19,695 nucleotides of DNA from Tolypothrix carrinoi HA7290-LM1. Its GTDB lineage: Bacteria; Cyanobacteriota; Cyanobacteriia; Cyanobacteriales; Nostocaceae. This document shows, one piece after another, positions 1 to 8,211 of the stretch. The stretch is from the NCBI GenBank assembly GCA_019358935.1, contig JAHHIK010000134.1:1-19695 (forward strand), read 5' to 3'. The notes beneath the pieces were generated by a model. The model saw nothing but the letters and a program-made list of their open reading frames with translations. It ran no database searches and was not told the DNA's origin. Position numbers and translations under genes: made by a program. How positions within the stretch are numbered: position 1 is the first letter of the stretch; each line of letters begins with the position of its first letter.

Positions 1-67
1 CCAGTTCTTCCGGAGCCAACTGGAGAAGCGTTTCACGGTCTAGTTTCACAGGCAGGTCTTTTTCCAT
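1..67 (-). CDS. 5' end of a putative IS66-family transposase (MEKDLPVKLDRETLLQLAPEEL...), truncated by the window
   Basis: ATG at 67-65, open to the window edge. The N-terminus resembles cyanobacterial IS66 transposases as recalled. Only 22 codons are visible. Confidence 0.6.
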   Translation of the reverse strand, partial: MEKDLPVKLDRETLLQLAPEEL

Positions 68-126
68 AATTGTGATATTCCGCCTGAGATGTCACACTTG
101 TCAATACCCCTGACCTGAATCCTTAC
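1..126 (-). mobile_element. Left end of an IS66-family-like insertion sequence (continues off the window's left edge)
   Basis: Minus strand from 126 reads GTAAGGATTCAGGTCAGGGG, and GTAA starts are typical of IS66 TIRs. A transposase-like ORF starts 59 nt inside. The host ORF loses its helical character exactly at 126/127. Confidence 0.7.
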
Positions 127-300
127 ACAGTGAGTGTGCAAATGAACAGCAGCAGCTAGCAGTTCTGCGAGAATTTCTGCTTGTTGATTAGCAGTTAAAC
201 TTGGTAATTGTAGTTGGTTGATTAAGGCTTGTACTTGAGCGCATTCTGTGCCTAATTCAGCAATCAAAATATTGAGAGTGGAATTAGTTATGGGGTTCAT
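127..300 (-). pseudogene. Small helical hypothetical protein interrupted after codon 58 (...HLHTHC) by the IS
   Basis: ORF 46..300: the first 58 codons look like an amphipathic helical protein, and the last 26 codons are read from IS sequence. Confidence 0.65.
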
Positions 301-392
301 TTTGTAGTAAGGACTGAAGTCCTTGTCTTGCTAAATGAGTACTAAAGTCCTCACTACGAACTTATCGCTTGTTATATAACCCGACATGATAT
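301..392. repeat. GTAG-type REP-like inverted doublet (304-357) plus an orphan MITE-type end (377-392)
   Basis: GTAGTAAGGACTGAAGTCCTT faces the reverse complement GTAGTGAGGACTTTAGTACTC. The reverse complement of 377-392 (ATATCATGTCGGGTTA) matches the TIRs at 2775 and 2904. Confidence 0.65.
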
Positions 393-422
393 GAATCGCT
401 TTTTTATGGTTTTTCTTACCCA

Positions 423-1166
423 TTACCGCGAACGATAGGCAATGCGGAGACTTTGCACTAAGATGACGAGGGAGGCGATCGCCATTAATCCACCCCAAAA
501 CCAATAAGGTAAAAATAAGCGCTGTTGTATTTGCGCTGTATCTGAAAGTCCCAAGGGACCTGCACTATAGCTAAATAAATAGTCAAGTTGATGGTAAGTA
601 CTTACACAAGCTTGGACACCGAGAAATTGAATTGCAAATCCTTGTAACCAACGCGGTGCTTTGAAGGCGATCGCTAAAATAATTAAACCTAGTAGGGGAA
701 TTGCGATTAATCCAAAAAGCGATCGCACCCAAATTAATGTTGAAAGCAGTAAAAAACCACCTAAAATTTTTAAACTTAACGTTGCGGTTTTGAAACTACG
801 CGAAGCCAAAATTAAAGCAGATCCAGCGATTGGTGGTCCCATTGGTCCTGCGGCTGCTACTAGTGCCGGTCCAATCGGTGCTAAAGATAAGGACATGGCA
901 TAACTTGCTACACCTGAACCATCGCCAAAAATCTCTAATTTCCGAAATTGTCCTCCTAAAAGCAGCGCCATCAAGCCGTGACTCATTTCGTGAAACCAAG
1001 TTGCCAGGATGGTAAATGGGTATAAAATGTAAGCGCCTATTGGGAATTGCCACAAGACAATCGTGGCGAATGCCGCTGCAATTAGCCAGGTAAGCCCCAT
1101 ACGGTCAACAGCAGACGGGGCTTCATTTTTGAGCAAGGGTTCAAAATCTTTTCTCGATTCCCGCAT
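423..1166 (-). CDS. M50-family (M50B-like) membrane zinc metallopeptidase
   Basis: HEMSH (HExxH) motif, AAAGP motif and several transmembrane segments. Confidence 0.85.
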   Translation of the reverse strand: MRESRKDFEPLLKNEAPSAVDRMGLTWLIAAAFATIVLWQFPIGAYILYPFTILATWFHEMSHGLMALLLGGQFRKLEIFGDGSGVASYAMSLSLAPIGPALVAAAGPMGPPIAGSALILASRSFKTATLSLKILGGFLLLSTLIWVRSLFGLIAIPLLGLIILAIAFKAPRWLQGFAIQFLGVQACVSTYHQLDYLFSYSAGPLGLSDTAQIQQRLFLPYWFWGGLMAIASLVILVQSLRIAYRSR

Positions 1167-1330
1167 GAATCACTTTCCTTAAGGTAATTAGCCTAACCGC
1201 GAAGAGTGTACTTTCATCCATCCTAATGTCTTGAAAGGTGTTTTTGCCGGGACAAGCAACCGGGATTGTAAACCCGCTCAGAAATGCGTGAAGTCAAGAG
1301 TGTAATGGCGAGAATGAAGAAGGAGGTTCA

Positions 1331-1507
1331 ATGGAGCCAACACAGGCACAGTTAAAAGCACTTTATCAAAGATGCGTAAGAGCAAGTAACTTGCTTCAAG
1401 CAATCAACTTAGTAAGGCTTGATAGTCGCACTAATCGAATAGTCATGTTAGTTGGCGAGACAATACAGATAGAAATACTTGAGAATGGAGAGGTACTAAT
1501 CGAGTGA
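1331..1507 (+). CDS. 58-aa protein, DUF6888-like (MEPTQAQLKALYQRCVRASNLLQAINLVRLDSRTNRIVMLVGETIQIEILENGEVLIE); not in the ORF track
   Basis: AGGAGG RBS at 1321-1326, ATG at 1331, TGA at 1505-1507 overlapping the next start (GTGA). Confidence 0.75.
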   Translation: MEPTQAQLKALYQRCVRASNLLQAINLVRLDSRTNRIVMLVGETIQIEILENGEVLIE

Positions 1508-1686
1508 ATAATTATGAGTCGATGACTGAAAAGGAGCTGCGCGAATACGTAAGATGCAATCCTCAAGATGAAGATGCTTTTCAGTACTATCTAAGCATTA
1601 TTCGCTCTCGTCCTGGTGTGCTTTGCACAACAGATGAAGAAGCGGATGCAGAAATGCAAAGACGAGTTAATCAGCAAGTGGAGTAA
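1504..1686 (+). CDS. 60-aa acidic protein, DUF6887-like
   Basis: GTG start coupled to the upstream stop. M-T-x-x-E-L-R-x-Y-V ... D-x-x-A-F pattern. A terminator follows. Confidence 0.7.
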   Translation: MNNYESMTEKELREYVRCNPQDEDAFQYYLSIIRSRPGVLCTTDEEADAEMQRRVNQQVE

Positions 1687-1706
1687 CAGTCAATTCAAAA
1701 CCTTGA

Positions 1707-1742
1707 AAAAGCGTCGTGCTGCAAACACGACGCTTTTATTTT
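1707..1742 (+). terminator. Intrinsic terminator, possibly bidirectional
   Basis: Perfect 12-bp stem AAAAGCGTCGTG / CACGACGCTTTT, 7-nt loop, T-rich tail. Confidence 0.8.
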
Positions 1743-1853
1743 GTCGGTATTTCCTAGAAAGGATTTCCCAGAACAGCGATCACATGATTGATAGTCAGGC
1801 GATCGCTCTTTTGATTGCTTGAATTAAATCTAGCAAATAGTCAATATAGATCC

Positions 1854-1956
1854 AAGGAGTAAAGGCTCCGCTTCGGAGCATCGCGCAAATTATCAGCGAC
1901 ATTGGCGCTGAAATTGCAGCCTTAGAAAAAAGCACGATAAATACAAAGCCATCAAA
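1854..1956 (+). pseudogene. hsdS: Fossil fragment of the C-terminal conserved helix of a type I R-M specificity subunit (HsdS)
   Basis: From 1880 it reads IAQIISDIGAEIAALEK, then KHDKYKAIK after a 1-nt shift in the A-run. This matches the HsdS pattern EQKAIAQILSDMDAEIEALEKKRDKYKAIK. Upstream is AAG GAG TAA (K-E-stop) and a palindromic insert. Confidence 0.65.
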
Positions 1957-2446
1957 ACCTTGAGTTCATAACTGCTTTTACCTGTTCTGTGACTGAATTG
2001 GGAATGTCCACGGTGTAAGCTCGCAGTAAGTCTCTTTGAAAATCAATATCGCTATTATTTTGTGCCTGACACAAAAAACTGTAGACTTTGTGTCCTAGAG
2101 TTCCTCGTTTTATTTGCTCTATAGGAGCATTGTCATACTGTTCATTAAAAATAATCCGGTTTTGTCGGTTGAGGGATACTATCCCTACTGTTTGTGATGT
2201 GCCTGAATCACAATCTGTAATTTGTTGATAAGCAGATAGCACAGTACCATTACTGTCGGGACGTGACAAGCGTATTCTGGTACGATATCCAACTATGGAA
2301 TCAAATCGTTCAACTGAACTTAAATCAATATCAAAACTTTTTCCGTCTTTAGAATTGGCAATCTTTACCCAATTGGTAGACTGAGCGTGTGCTGGCAGCA
2401 CAAAAGACAATGCCAGCATAGTTCCCAACGTAAGCTTTCTAAACAT
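1952..2446 (-). CDS. Secreted hypothetical protein, surface-adhesin-E-like
   Basis: Signal peptide ending in AHA, a W-V-x-I ... F-D-I-D-x-x-S-V pattern, and two Cys (DC and LC). Confidence 0.6.
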   Translation of the reverse strand: MFRKLTLGTMLALSFVLPAHAQSTNWVKIANSKDGKSFDIDLSSVERFDSIVGYRTRIRLSRPDSNGTVLSAYQQITDCDSGTSQTVGIVSLNRQNRIIFNEQYDNAPIEQIKRGTLGHKVYSFLCQAQNNSDIDFQRDLLRAYTVDIPNSVTEQVKAVMNSRF

Positions 2447-2656
2447 ATCTAATTAATAAAATGTTTTTTATTTAATCTAGTGTTGTCATAGCCAGCCCAA
2501 TCTAACTCAACTTTGTAAACAGCGGTTTCCGAAGCAATACTGTTTTTTAAACAAGCTTTCCTAAAGTTTTGGAGTAACTTCACGTATGTACTTTTATTTC
2601 CGTAGTTACAGTTTACACAATATTTAGTAAGCGTTCTAACGCTTTATTAGGCACTA

Positions 2657-2773
2657 ATACCGTTTCTATATGAAGATGCGTCTAATTAGCCCACGCAGGT
2701 GGGCTTTGTACGCGCAACGCCCCAGGCTTCCAGCCTGAGGGTAAATAAAGTGCAACTCACATAGAATTGGTAT
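2657..2773. mobile_element. MITE-like element A
   Basis: Imperfect TIRs: ATACCGTTTCTATATGA versus ATACCAATTCTATGTGA (14/17). Internal hairpins AGCCCAC-GCAG-GTGGGCT and CAGGCT-TCC-AGCCTG. Confidence 0.7.
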
Positions 2774-2774
2774 A

Positions 2775-2904
2775 ATATCATGTTCGGCTAAAGACTTATC
2801 ATTAAGACCGCACTCTTGCAGGGGGCACTCTAGCAGGGGGAAAGAGGCTTTTGGTGATTTTTGCTATTATGCGGTAATTATAAGTGATTAACCGGACTTG
2901 GTAT
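2775..2904. mobile_element. MITE-like element B, abutting element A
   Basis: TIRs ATATCATGTTCGGCTAAAGACTTAT versus ATACCAAGTCCGGTTAATCACTTAT (19/25). Internal tandem GCACTCT(T/A)GCAGGGG x2. Confidence 0.7.
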
Positions 2905-2934
2905 AAGAGTGCCCAATATTATTAATGAGCGAGC

Positions 2935-3777
2935 CTAAGATATTTGAAACAGGAATGTTACCATGTCTCCTTTACCCAAGCTAATGCGATCGCCTGGTCG
3001 CAAGCGGTGTCGATTTCCTGGTAACAATGGCAAATTGTTAATGTAAGTGCCATTAGAACTGCCTACATCTTCGATATAGTGAGCGTCTCCCTCAACGCGA
3101 ATATCTGCATGAATCCGTGATACTATTTCAGAATTAGTAAATCCTGATACATCTATGTCCGGGGGAATGCGGTCGTTTTGTTTGCCGATATGAATCACGG
3201 AGAGACTTTGCGGCAATTCAATTTGTCTATCGCTTTGGACGTGAACTAACCGCGCTGTTACCTGTTGTAATTGGGTTCTGGCGACAGTTGCGGGTGCTGC
3301 GACCGGTTCTGGTGCGGGTGCGATCGGTTCGGGTGGTGCGACCGGTTCCGGCGCAGCTGTGATCGGTTCGGGTGGTGGTGCGACCGGTTCTGGTGGAGCG
3401 GCGATCGTTGGTGGTGCTGGTGGGGTGCTGCTTTCTGGGGGTGCTGCCACCGCTGTTGGTGGTAAAGGTGAGGGAGCAGGCTGAGAATTGGGAGTTGCGC
3501 CGACTCCTAAGGGATCTGGTCGTAAAAGTTCTAACAGTGGGTCAGGCGTAGCTGACGGCTGTACTTCCAAGGGTATTTCCGGCGCGACGGTTGGTGCAAC
3601 TGCTGCGGCTGCGCTTTGGTGCAGGTTATAACCGCACTGACCGCAGAAAGCTGCATCTGCTTGTACGGTTGCTCCACAGCTGGGACAGTTACTTGTCGTT
3701 GGTAACGGAGTGTAACAAGCTTCACATTGGACAGCGCCGTCCGGGTTGGGGTGATTGCAGTTAGGGCAGACGATCAT
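2935..3777 (-). CDS. fraH: FraH: double zinc-ribbon, Pro-rich linker and FHA domain
   Basis: Four CxxC motifs, a Pro/Ala-rich middle with PEP repeats, and FHA motifs (VSRIHA, GSSNGTYIN). Lies downstream of pgl, as recalled for Anabaena. Confidence 0.85.
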   Translation of the reverse strand: MIVCPNCNHPNPDGAVQCEACYTPLPTTSNCPSCGATVQADAAFCGQCGYNLHQSAAAAVAPTVAPEIPLEVQPSATPDPLLELLRPDPLGVGATPNSQPAPSPLPPTAVAAPPESSTPPAPPTIAAPPEPVAPPPEPITAAPEPVAPPEPIAPAPEPVAAPATVARTQLQQVTARLVHVQSDRQIELPQSLSVIHIGKQNDRIPPDIDVSGFTNSEIVSRIHADIRVEGDAHYIEDVGSSNGTYINNLPLLPGNRHRLRPGDRISLGKGDMVTFLFQIS

Positions 3778-3944
3778 CGATTTAAGCCTTTGTTCAAGAT
3801 CATCGTAAAATAATGCTGGTAAGCAGAGAAAAATCCGCTCTCAAGGAACAGGAAAAAAGCGATAGCTTTTGGTTTTACCAATTACTTACTGAAGGATGAA
3901 GTGTCAGCAAAATAGTATAAAACAACACGAATGTTATTTTATCA

Positions 3945-4107
3945 AGAATTCAGTTTTTCAAAAGCCAGAATGAGCGGATGAATTCTGTGCGAAGCTGCGA
4001 ATGAATGGGTTTAAGACCCCCGCTTATACAGGCAGTTTACATAATGTCAGTAGAAAACTCTACTTATATTACATTCTGAAGAACTGAATCCAGAAGAACT
4101 GAATTCT
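3945..4107. repeat. Dispersed inverted-terminus element (MITE-like)
   Basis: Termini AGAATTCAGTTTTTC versus reverse complement AGAATTCAGTTCTTC. Shares CAGAAT...AATTCTGTG and TTACATTCTGA with 11814-11974. Confidence 0.55.
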
Positions 4108-4117
4108 GTTTCATTCT

Positions 4118-4843
4118 TCATCCTTGTTTTAGTTCCTGCGCTGCTGCCACATCCAGCAGCCACCAAAGTTCTCCTTGGGGTTGAATTAAGCGAGATGGAT
4201 AAGTAAAATCCGAGGCATTGGGTGCGAAAACTTGAGCTAAAGCTGGGCGTTTATTAGCGCCAGCGACTACGAAGATAACGCAGCGAGCAGCATTGATGAA
4301 TGGGTATGTGAAGGTTATGCGCTGATTTGCGTCTTTGTTGCCCACAGTAATCAAGCGATCGCTTACTTTTAACGCTTCTGTATGCGGAAACAAAGATGCG
4401 GTATGTCCATCATCACCCATTCCTAGCAATATTACATCCAAGGAAGGAAATTCTCCAGGCGAAGCCCGAAAAAATTCTTGGCAAAGCTTTTCATACTTAG
4501 CTGCTGACACCGCTGGATCGCCATCGAGAGTCGGGGTGCTGTGAATATTCGTTGCTGGGATATCAACGCGATCTAGCCACGCACGACGCGCCATCAGTTC
4601 GTTGCTATCGGGATGATCTGATGGGACATAACGTTCATCTCCCCAAAAGACATGAATTTTATCCCATGTCAGCTTTTGATTAGCGATCGCTTCATACAAC
4701 GGCTTAGGTGTGCTACCGCCAGATAAAGCGATTGTAAACCGTCCCCGCTCTTGAATAGCAGTTTCCAGCTTAGATAAAATCAATTCAAGCGATCGCGCTA
4801 TTAGCGCTGCCTGATCCGATAAAACTTCAACTTTTTTGCTCAT
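4118..4843 (-). CDS. pgl: 6-phosphogluconolactonase (DevB type); likely start ATG 4843
   Basis: ALSGGSTP, FWGDERYVP, LGMGDDGHTASLFP and RITFT motifs. The ORF-track N-terminal extension is translated intergenic repeat. Confidence 0.95.
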   Translation of the reverse strand: MSKKVEVLSDQAALIARSLELILSKLETAIQERGRFTIALSGGSTPKPLYEAIANQKLTWDKIHVFWGDERYVPSDHPDSNELMARRAWLDRVDIPATNIHSTPTLDGDPAVSAAKYEKLCQEFFRASPGEFPSLDVILLGMGDDGHTASLFPHTEALKVSDRLITVGNKDANQRITFTYPFINAARCVIFVVAGANKRPALAQVFAPNASDFTYPSRLIQPQGELWWLLDVAAAQELKQG

Positions 4844-4932
4844 GACTTCATCCTCACGTTGCCGGCTTCTGTGCAATACAATAGCGAAATTTTGACAATC
4901 CTCCTTTTTACCTTTTGAAACTCTTAACATCA

Positions 4933-5076
4933 TGGGGAGTGGGGAGTGGGGAATGGGGAATGGGGGAGACAAGGGAGACAAGGGGGACAAGGGGGACAAG
5001 GGGGACAAGGGGGAATTTCTTCCCCAATGCCCAATTACCAATTACCAATTACCAATTACCAATTACCAATTCCCCA
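4933..5076. repeat. STRR array: GGGGAGT/GGGGAAT heptamers, GGGGACAAG nonamers, CCAATTA heptamers
   Basis: Directly visible tandem repeats that overlap the last codons of rph. Confidence 0.95.
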
Positions 5077-5806
5077 AAAACAAGCTAGGATCGGCGATCG
5101 CTTCTCGTTGCGCGATTAACAATTGCTGAATTCCTTTTTCGGCGAAATCTAGCAGCTGATTTAACTGGATGCGGCTAAAGCTGTTTTCTTCCGCAGTTCC
5201 CTGAATTTCGATTATCCCCATGTCTTGATTCATCACGACGTTGAAATCGACATCAGCGGCTACGTCTTCGAGGTAGTTTAGATCCAAAAATGGCTCTCCT
5301 TGCAATAACCCGACAGAAACTGCTGCTACTTGTTTTACCAAAGGCGATCGCTCTAACGTTCCTTGCTGCAATAATTTAGAAATCGCATGAGCTAACGCCA
5401 CAAACGAGCCTGTAATCGCTGTTGTTCTAGTTCCTGCGTCTGCTTGCAACACATCAGCATCTATAGTCAACGTTCGTTCTCCCAACACCTCCAAATCAAC
5501 CGCTGCCCTTAAGCTGCGTCCAATCAAACGTTGAATTTCTTGCGTTCGTCCAGACAATTTCATTAATTCCCGTTCTTGCCGTTGCTGCGTAGCTCCTGGC
5601 AGCATTCGATACTCCGCAGTCAGCCAACCTTTGCCAGTTCCTTTTAAAAACTTCGGCACTCCTTCAGTCACACTAACTGTACAAAGTACCTGAGTCTCAC
5701 CGCATTTTGTCAGCACCGAACCGGGTGCAAAGCCAGTGAAACCGGCATCAAAGCTGATGGGACGGAGTTGGTAAGGTTGCCGACCGTCTGGACGCTGCCA
5801 AGCCAT
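5063..5806 (-). CDS. rph: Ribonuclease PH
   Basis: [43 protein letters not shown] and EIQGTAE motifs. Confidence 0.97.
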   Translation of the reverse strand: MAWQRPDGRQPYQLRPISFDAGFTGFAPGSVLTKCGETQVLCTVSVTEGVPKFLKGTGKGWLTAEYRMLPGATQQRQERELMKLSGRTQEIQRLIGRSLRAAVDLEVLGERTLTIDADVLQADAGTRTTAITGSFVALAHAISKLLQQGTLERSPLVKQVAAVSVGLLQGEPFLDLNYLEDVAADVDFNVVMNQDMGIIEIQGTAEENSFSRIQLNQLLDFAEKGIQQLLIAQREAIADPSLFLGNW

Positions 5807-5865
5807 TTAAGTTGCCTCAGAACTTTTATATAGAATACTGTAGACCTGCCTTGAAAATGGGATCG

Positions 5866-6063
5866 GGGGGAATGGGGAATGGGTAATGGGTAATGGGTAA
5901 TGGGTAATGGGGAATGGGTAATGGGTAATAGAAAGAAAGAATTGTCCCCCTGTCCCCCTGTCTCCTTGTCTCCTTGTCTCCTTGTCTCCCTTGTCTGCCT
6001 TGTCTCCTTGTCTCCCTTGTCTCCCTTGTCCCCCCACTCCCCCACTCCCCCCACTCCCCCACT
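5866..6063. repeat. STRR array: GGGTAAT/GGGGAAT heptamers, TGTCTCCT 8/9-mers, CCCCACT(C) units
   Basis: Directly visible tandem repeats. Confidence 0.95.
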
Positions 6064-6068
6064 TTCCT

Positions 6069-6623
6069 CTAAGAAACTGACACAAGAGTGAGAATATTTT
6101 GCTCTACAATTTCTGGTAATTGGTCGCCGTTGATAGTTAATAGGCGACGACGGCGATCGTAATATTCTAAGATGTTCATAGTGCGATCGTAGAATAACTC
6201 AACGCGGCGCTGAACGATTTCGGGTTGGTCATCCGGAAGCGATCGCCCATTAGAGCGAGTAACCATAACCGCTTCTGGTACTTGTAAATAAATTGCCCAA
6301 TCTAACTTTTGCTGTAAATCGTCCAATAAAAAATCCAATTCTTCAGCTTGGAAAGCTGTACGGGGATAACCTTCTAACACCCAACCACTGTTGATATCAT
6401 TTTTGTTCAGCCAAGTCCGGATAAACTCGATCGTCGTTTCATCTGGGACTAACTCACCTTTTTCCAGATATGGCTGCACATGGCGACCATTACTGCTAAA
6501 ATTTGCGATCGCCTGAGAGAAAATTTCGCCTGTGGAAATCAACGGAATATCAAAGTGTCTGCAAAGCCTTTGCGCTTGAGTGCTTTTTCCCGAACCTGAA
6601 CCTCCCAAAATCACAAATCTCAC
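6069..6623 (-). CDS. Adenylate-kinase-family NMP kinase (short LID, paralogue)
   Basis: P-loop GGSGSGKST, ISTGE, GELVPD, EGYPRT and DD motifs. GTG start. Confidence 0.85.
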   Translation of the reverse strand: MRFVILGGSGSGKSTQAQRLCRHFDIPLISTGEIFSQAIANFSSNGRHVQPYLEKGELVPDETTIEFIRTWLNKNDINSGWVLEGYPRTAFQAEELDFLLDDLQQKLDWAIYLQVPEAVMVTRSNGRSLPDDQPEIVQRRVELFYDRTMNILEYYDRRRRLLTINGDQLPEIVEQNILTLVSVS

Positions 6624-6970
6624 AAATACTCACTCCTCATATTGTCAAATTAATAACCAACAATAATCTGTTTTGCCCAAACAAACAGGCAATATAACAT
6701 TTAGTAATTTTCAGCTATAGTTATAGCTTTTTTAATTGCTCTAAACTTGACGATACGTGTTCTCATTTTGACAATTAATGAACTGACAACAAGCAATAAT
6801 ATAAATCTTAACTAGTCTTGACTTTAGCGCAAACGTAGTGATTGACTATAAATCGAGTTGGCAAATACACCACACTTTATTAAAAATAGCTTGATTTTAA
6901 TAGCAGATTTGCCAGAAAAAACCGAGCGCAAAAGCGCTAAAATTATTTGTCTTTTATTTAACATCACATC

Positions 6971-7507
6971 ATGGTTGCCCAGTTAGAATCCAAAAACGTA
7001 AATTCGACCCTTAACTTACCATATTCAGTTGAAGGACTAGTACAAGTTTTCACTAGCTCGTATCGTAACTTTTTTACTAGCGTTATGGCTCAAGCACTGA
7101 GAATTGCCGGTCAAGGCACACCAGTGTTAGTAGTGCAATTCCTCAAAGGTGGTATTAATCAAGGACACCAGCACCCCATACAGTTGGGACAAAACTTAGA
7201 TTGGATTCGCTGTGATTTGCCGCGTTGTATCGATACACCACATTTAGAAGAGACTGAAATCCAATCATTACAAGATTTGTGGCAACATACACAAAAAGTC
7301 GTTTTTGAAGGTAAATATTCTCTCGTAGTCTTAGATGAGTTAAGTTTGGCGATTAACTTTAACTTAATTCCGGAAATTGAAGTTTTAGCCTTTCTGACAA
7401 AACGCCCTGCCAATGTCGATATCATTCTCACAGGACCAGAGATGCCAAAATCTCTTCTAGATGTAGCAGATCAAATCACAGAGATTCGTCGCAGTCATCG
7501 ACCATAA
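6971..7507 (+). CDS. CobA/CobO/BtuR-like (corrinoid adenosyltransferase fold) protein with a degenerate P-loop
   Basis: GLVQVFT, VVQFLKGG, LVVLDE, IILTG and ADQITEI motifs are present. The expected TGxGKGKTT is replaced by TSSYRNFFT. Confidence 0.8.
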   Translation: MVAQLESKNVNSTLNLPYSVEGLVQVFTSSYRNFFTSVMAQALRIAGQGTPVLVVQFLKGGINQGHQHPIQLGQNLDWIRCDLPRCIDTPHLEETEIQSLQDLWQHTQKVVFEGKYSLVVLDELSLAINFNLIPEIEVLAFLTKRPANVDIILTGPEMPKSLLDVADQITEIRRSHRP

Positions 7508-7565
7508 AACAGTTAGCCCAGTTCACGGTATGCTAGTAAATCGATTTGAAGAGTGCTGTGAACTT

Positions 7566-8165
7566 GTGATTAAGAACGATCTCTGGATTACTGAAATGGC
7601 TCAAAAGGGTATGATTTCGCCTTTTGAGCCAAGCTTAATCCGAAAAATAGAAAAAGACCCATCGTCGGGGTTGCAACCTGTTATCAGCTACGGTCTTTCT
7701 TCCTATGGCTACGATATACGCTTATCAAGCGCTGAATTTCGCATTTTTCGCCACATTCCCGGAACTGTAGTTGATCCCAAAAACTTTAATCCTCAGAATC
7801 TGGAACCCACACCATTACATACAGATGCTGATGGTAGTTACTTTATCTTACCTGCTCATTCTTACGGTCTTGGCGTTGCTCTAGAAAAGCTAGAGGTTCC
7901 AAATAATATTACAGTAATTTGCATCGGTAAAAGTACGTATGCGCGTTGCGGTATAATTGCAAATTTAACACCTGCGGAGGCAGCATGGCGGGGTCATTTA
8001 ACTTTAGAATTTTCCAATTCTTCCAGCGCTGATTGTCGCATCTACGCTAACGAAGGCGTGGTGCAGTTATTATTTTTAGAAGGTGAACCCTGCGCTATTA
8101 GTTACGAAGCTCGCCAAGGTAAATATCAGGATCAGCCAGAGTTTGTGACCCTGGCTAAGGTATAA
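7566..8165 (+). CDS. dcd: dCTP deaminase; likely start GTG 7566
   Basis: ISYGLSSYGYD, GKSTYARCG, TPAE, WRGHLTLEFSN and KYQDQ motifs. Confidence 0.95.
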   Translation: MIKNDLWITEMAQKGMISPFEPSLIRKIEKDPSSGLQPVISYGLSSYGYDIRLSSAEFRIFRHIPGTVVDPKNFNPQNLEPTPLHTDADGSYFILPAHSYGLGVALEKLEVPNNITVICIGKSTYARCGIIANLTPAEAAWRGHLTLEFSNSSSADCRIYANEGVVQLLFLEGEPCAISYEARQGKYQDQPEFVTLAKV

Positions 8166-8211
8166 GTTTTAATGTAAAGTCAAAAGCTAAAACTCAATTA
8201 ATTTTTACATT

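Noticed and set aside
1616..1822. 68-aa + strand ORF
   Set aside because: It overlaps the DUF6887-like gene out of frame and runs through its terminator.
3271..3465. Cys/Trp-rich repeat ORF resembling a RiPP precursor
   Set aside because: It is the antisense shadow of the Pro-rich fraH linker.
4844..5129. ORF-track N-terminal extension of pgl and the GDK-repeat ORF 4932..5129
   Set aside because: These are translations of STRR arrays, not real coding sequence.
5710..6091. Four overlapping low-complexity ORFs; similar ones at 10703-11067, 13356-13670 and 14204-14623
   Set aside because: They are open only because the tandem repeats lack stops in those frames.
6820..6885. Possible NrdR boxes or a cobalamin riboswitch upstream of the CobA-like/dcd genes
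   Set aside because: Only weak partial matches to the NrdR consensus. The region is AT-rich with no B12-box or riboswitch core visible.
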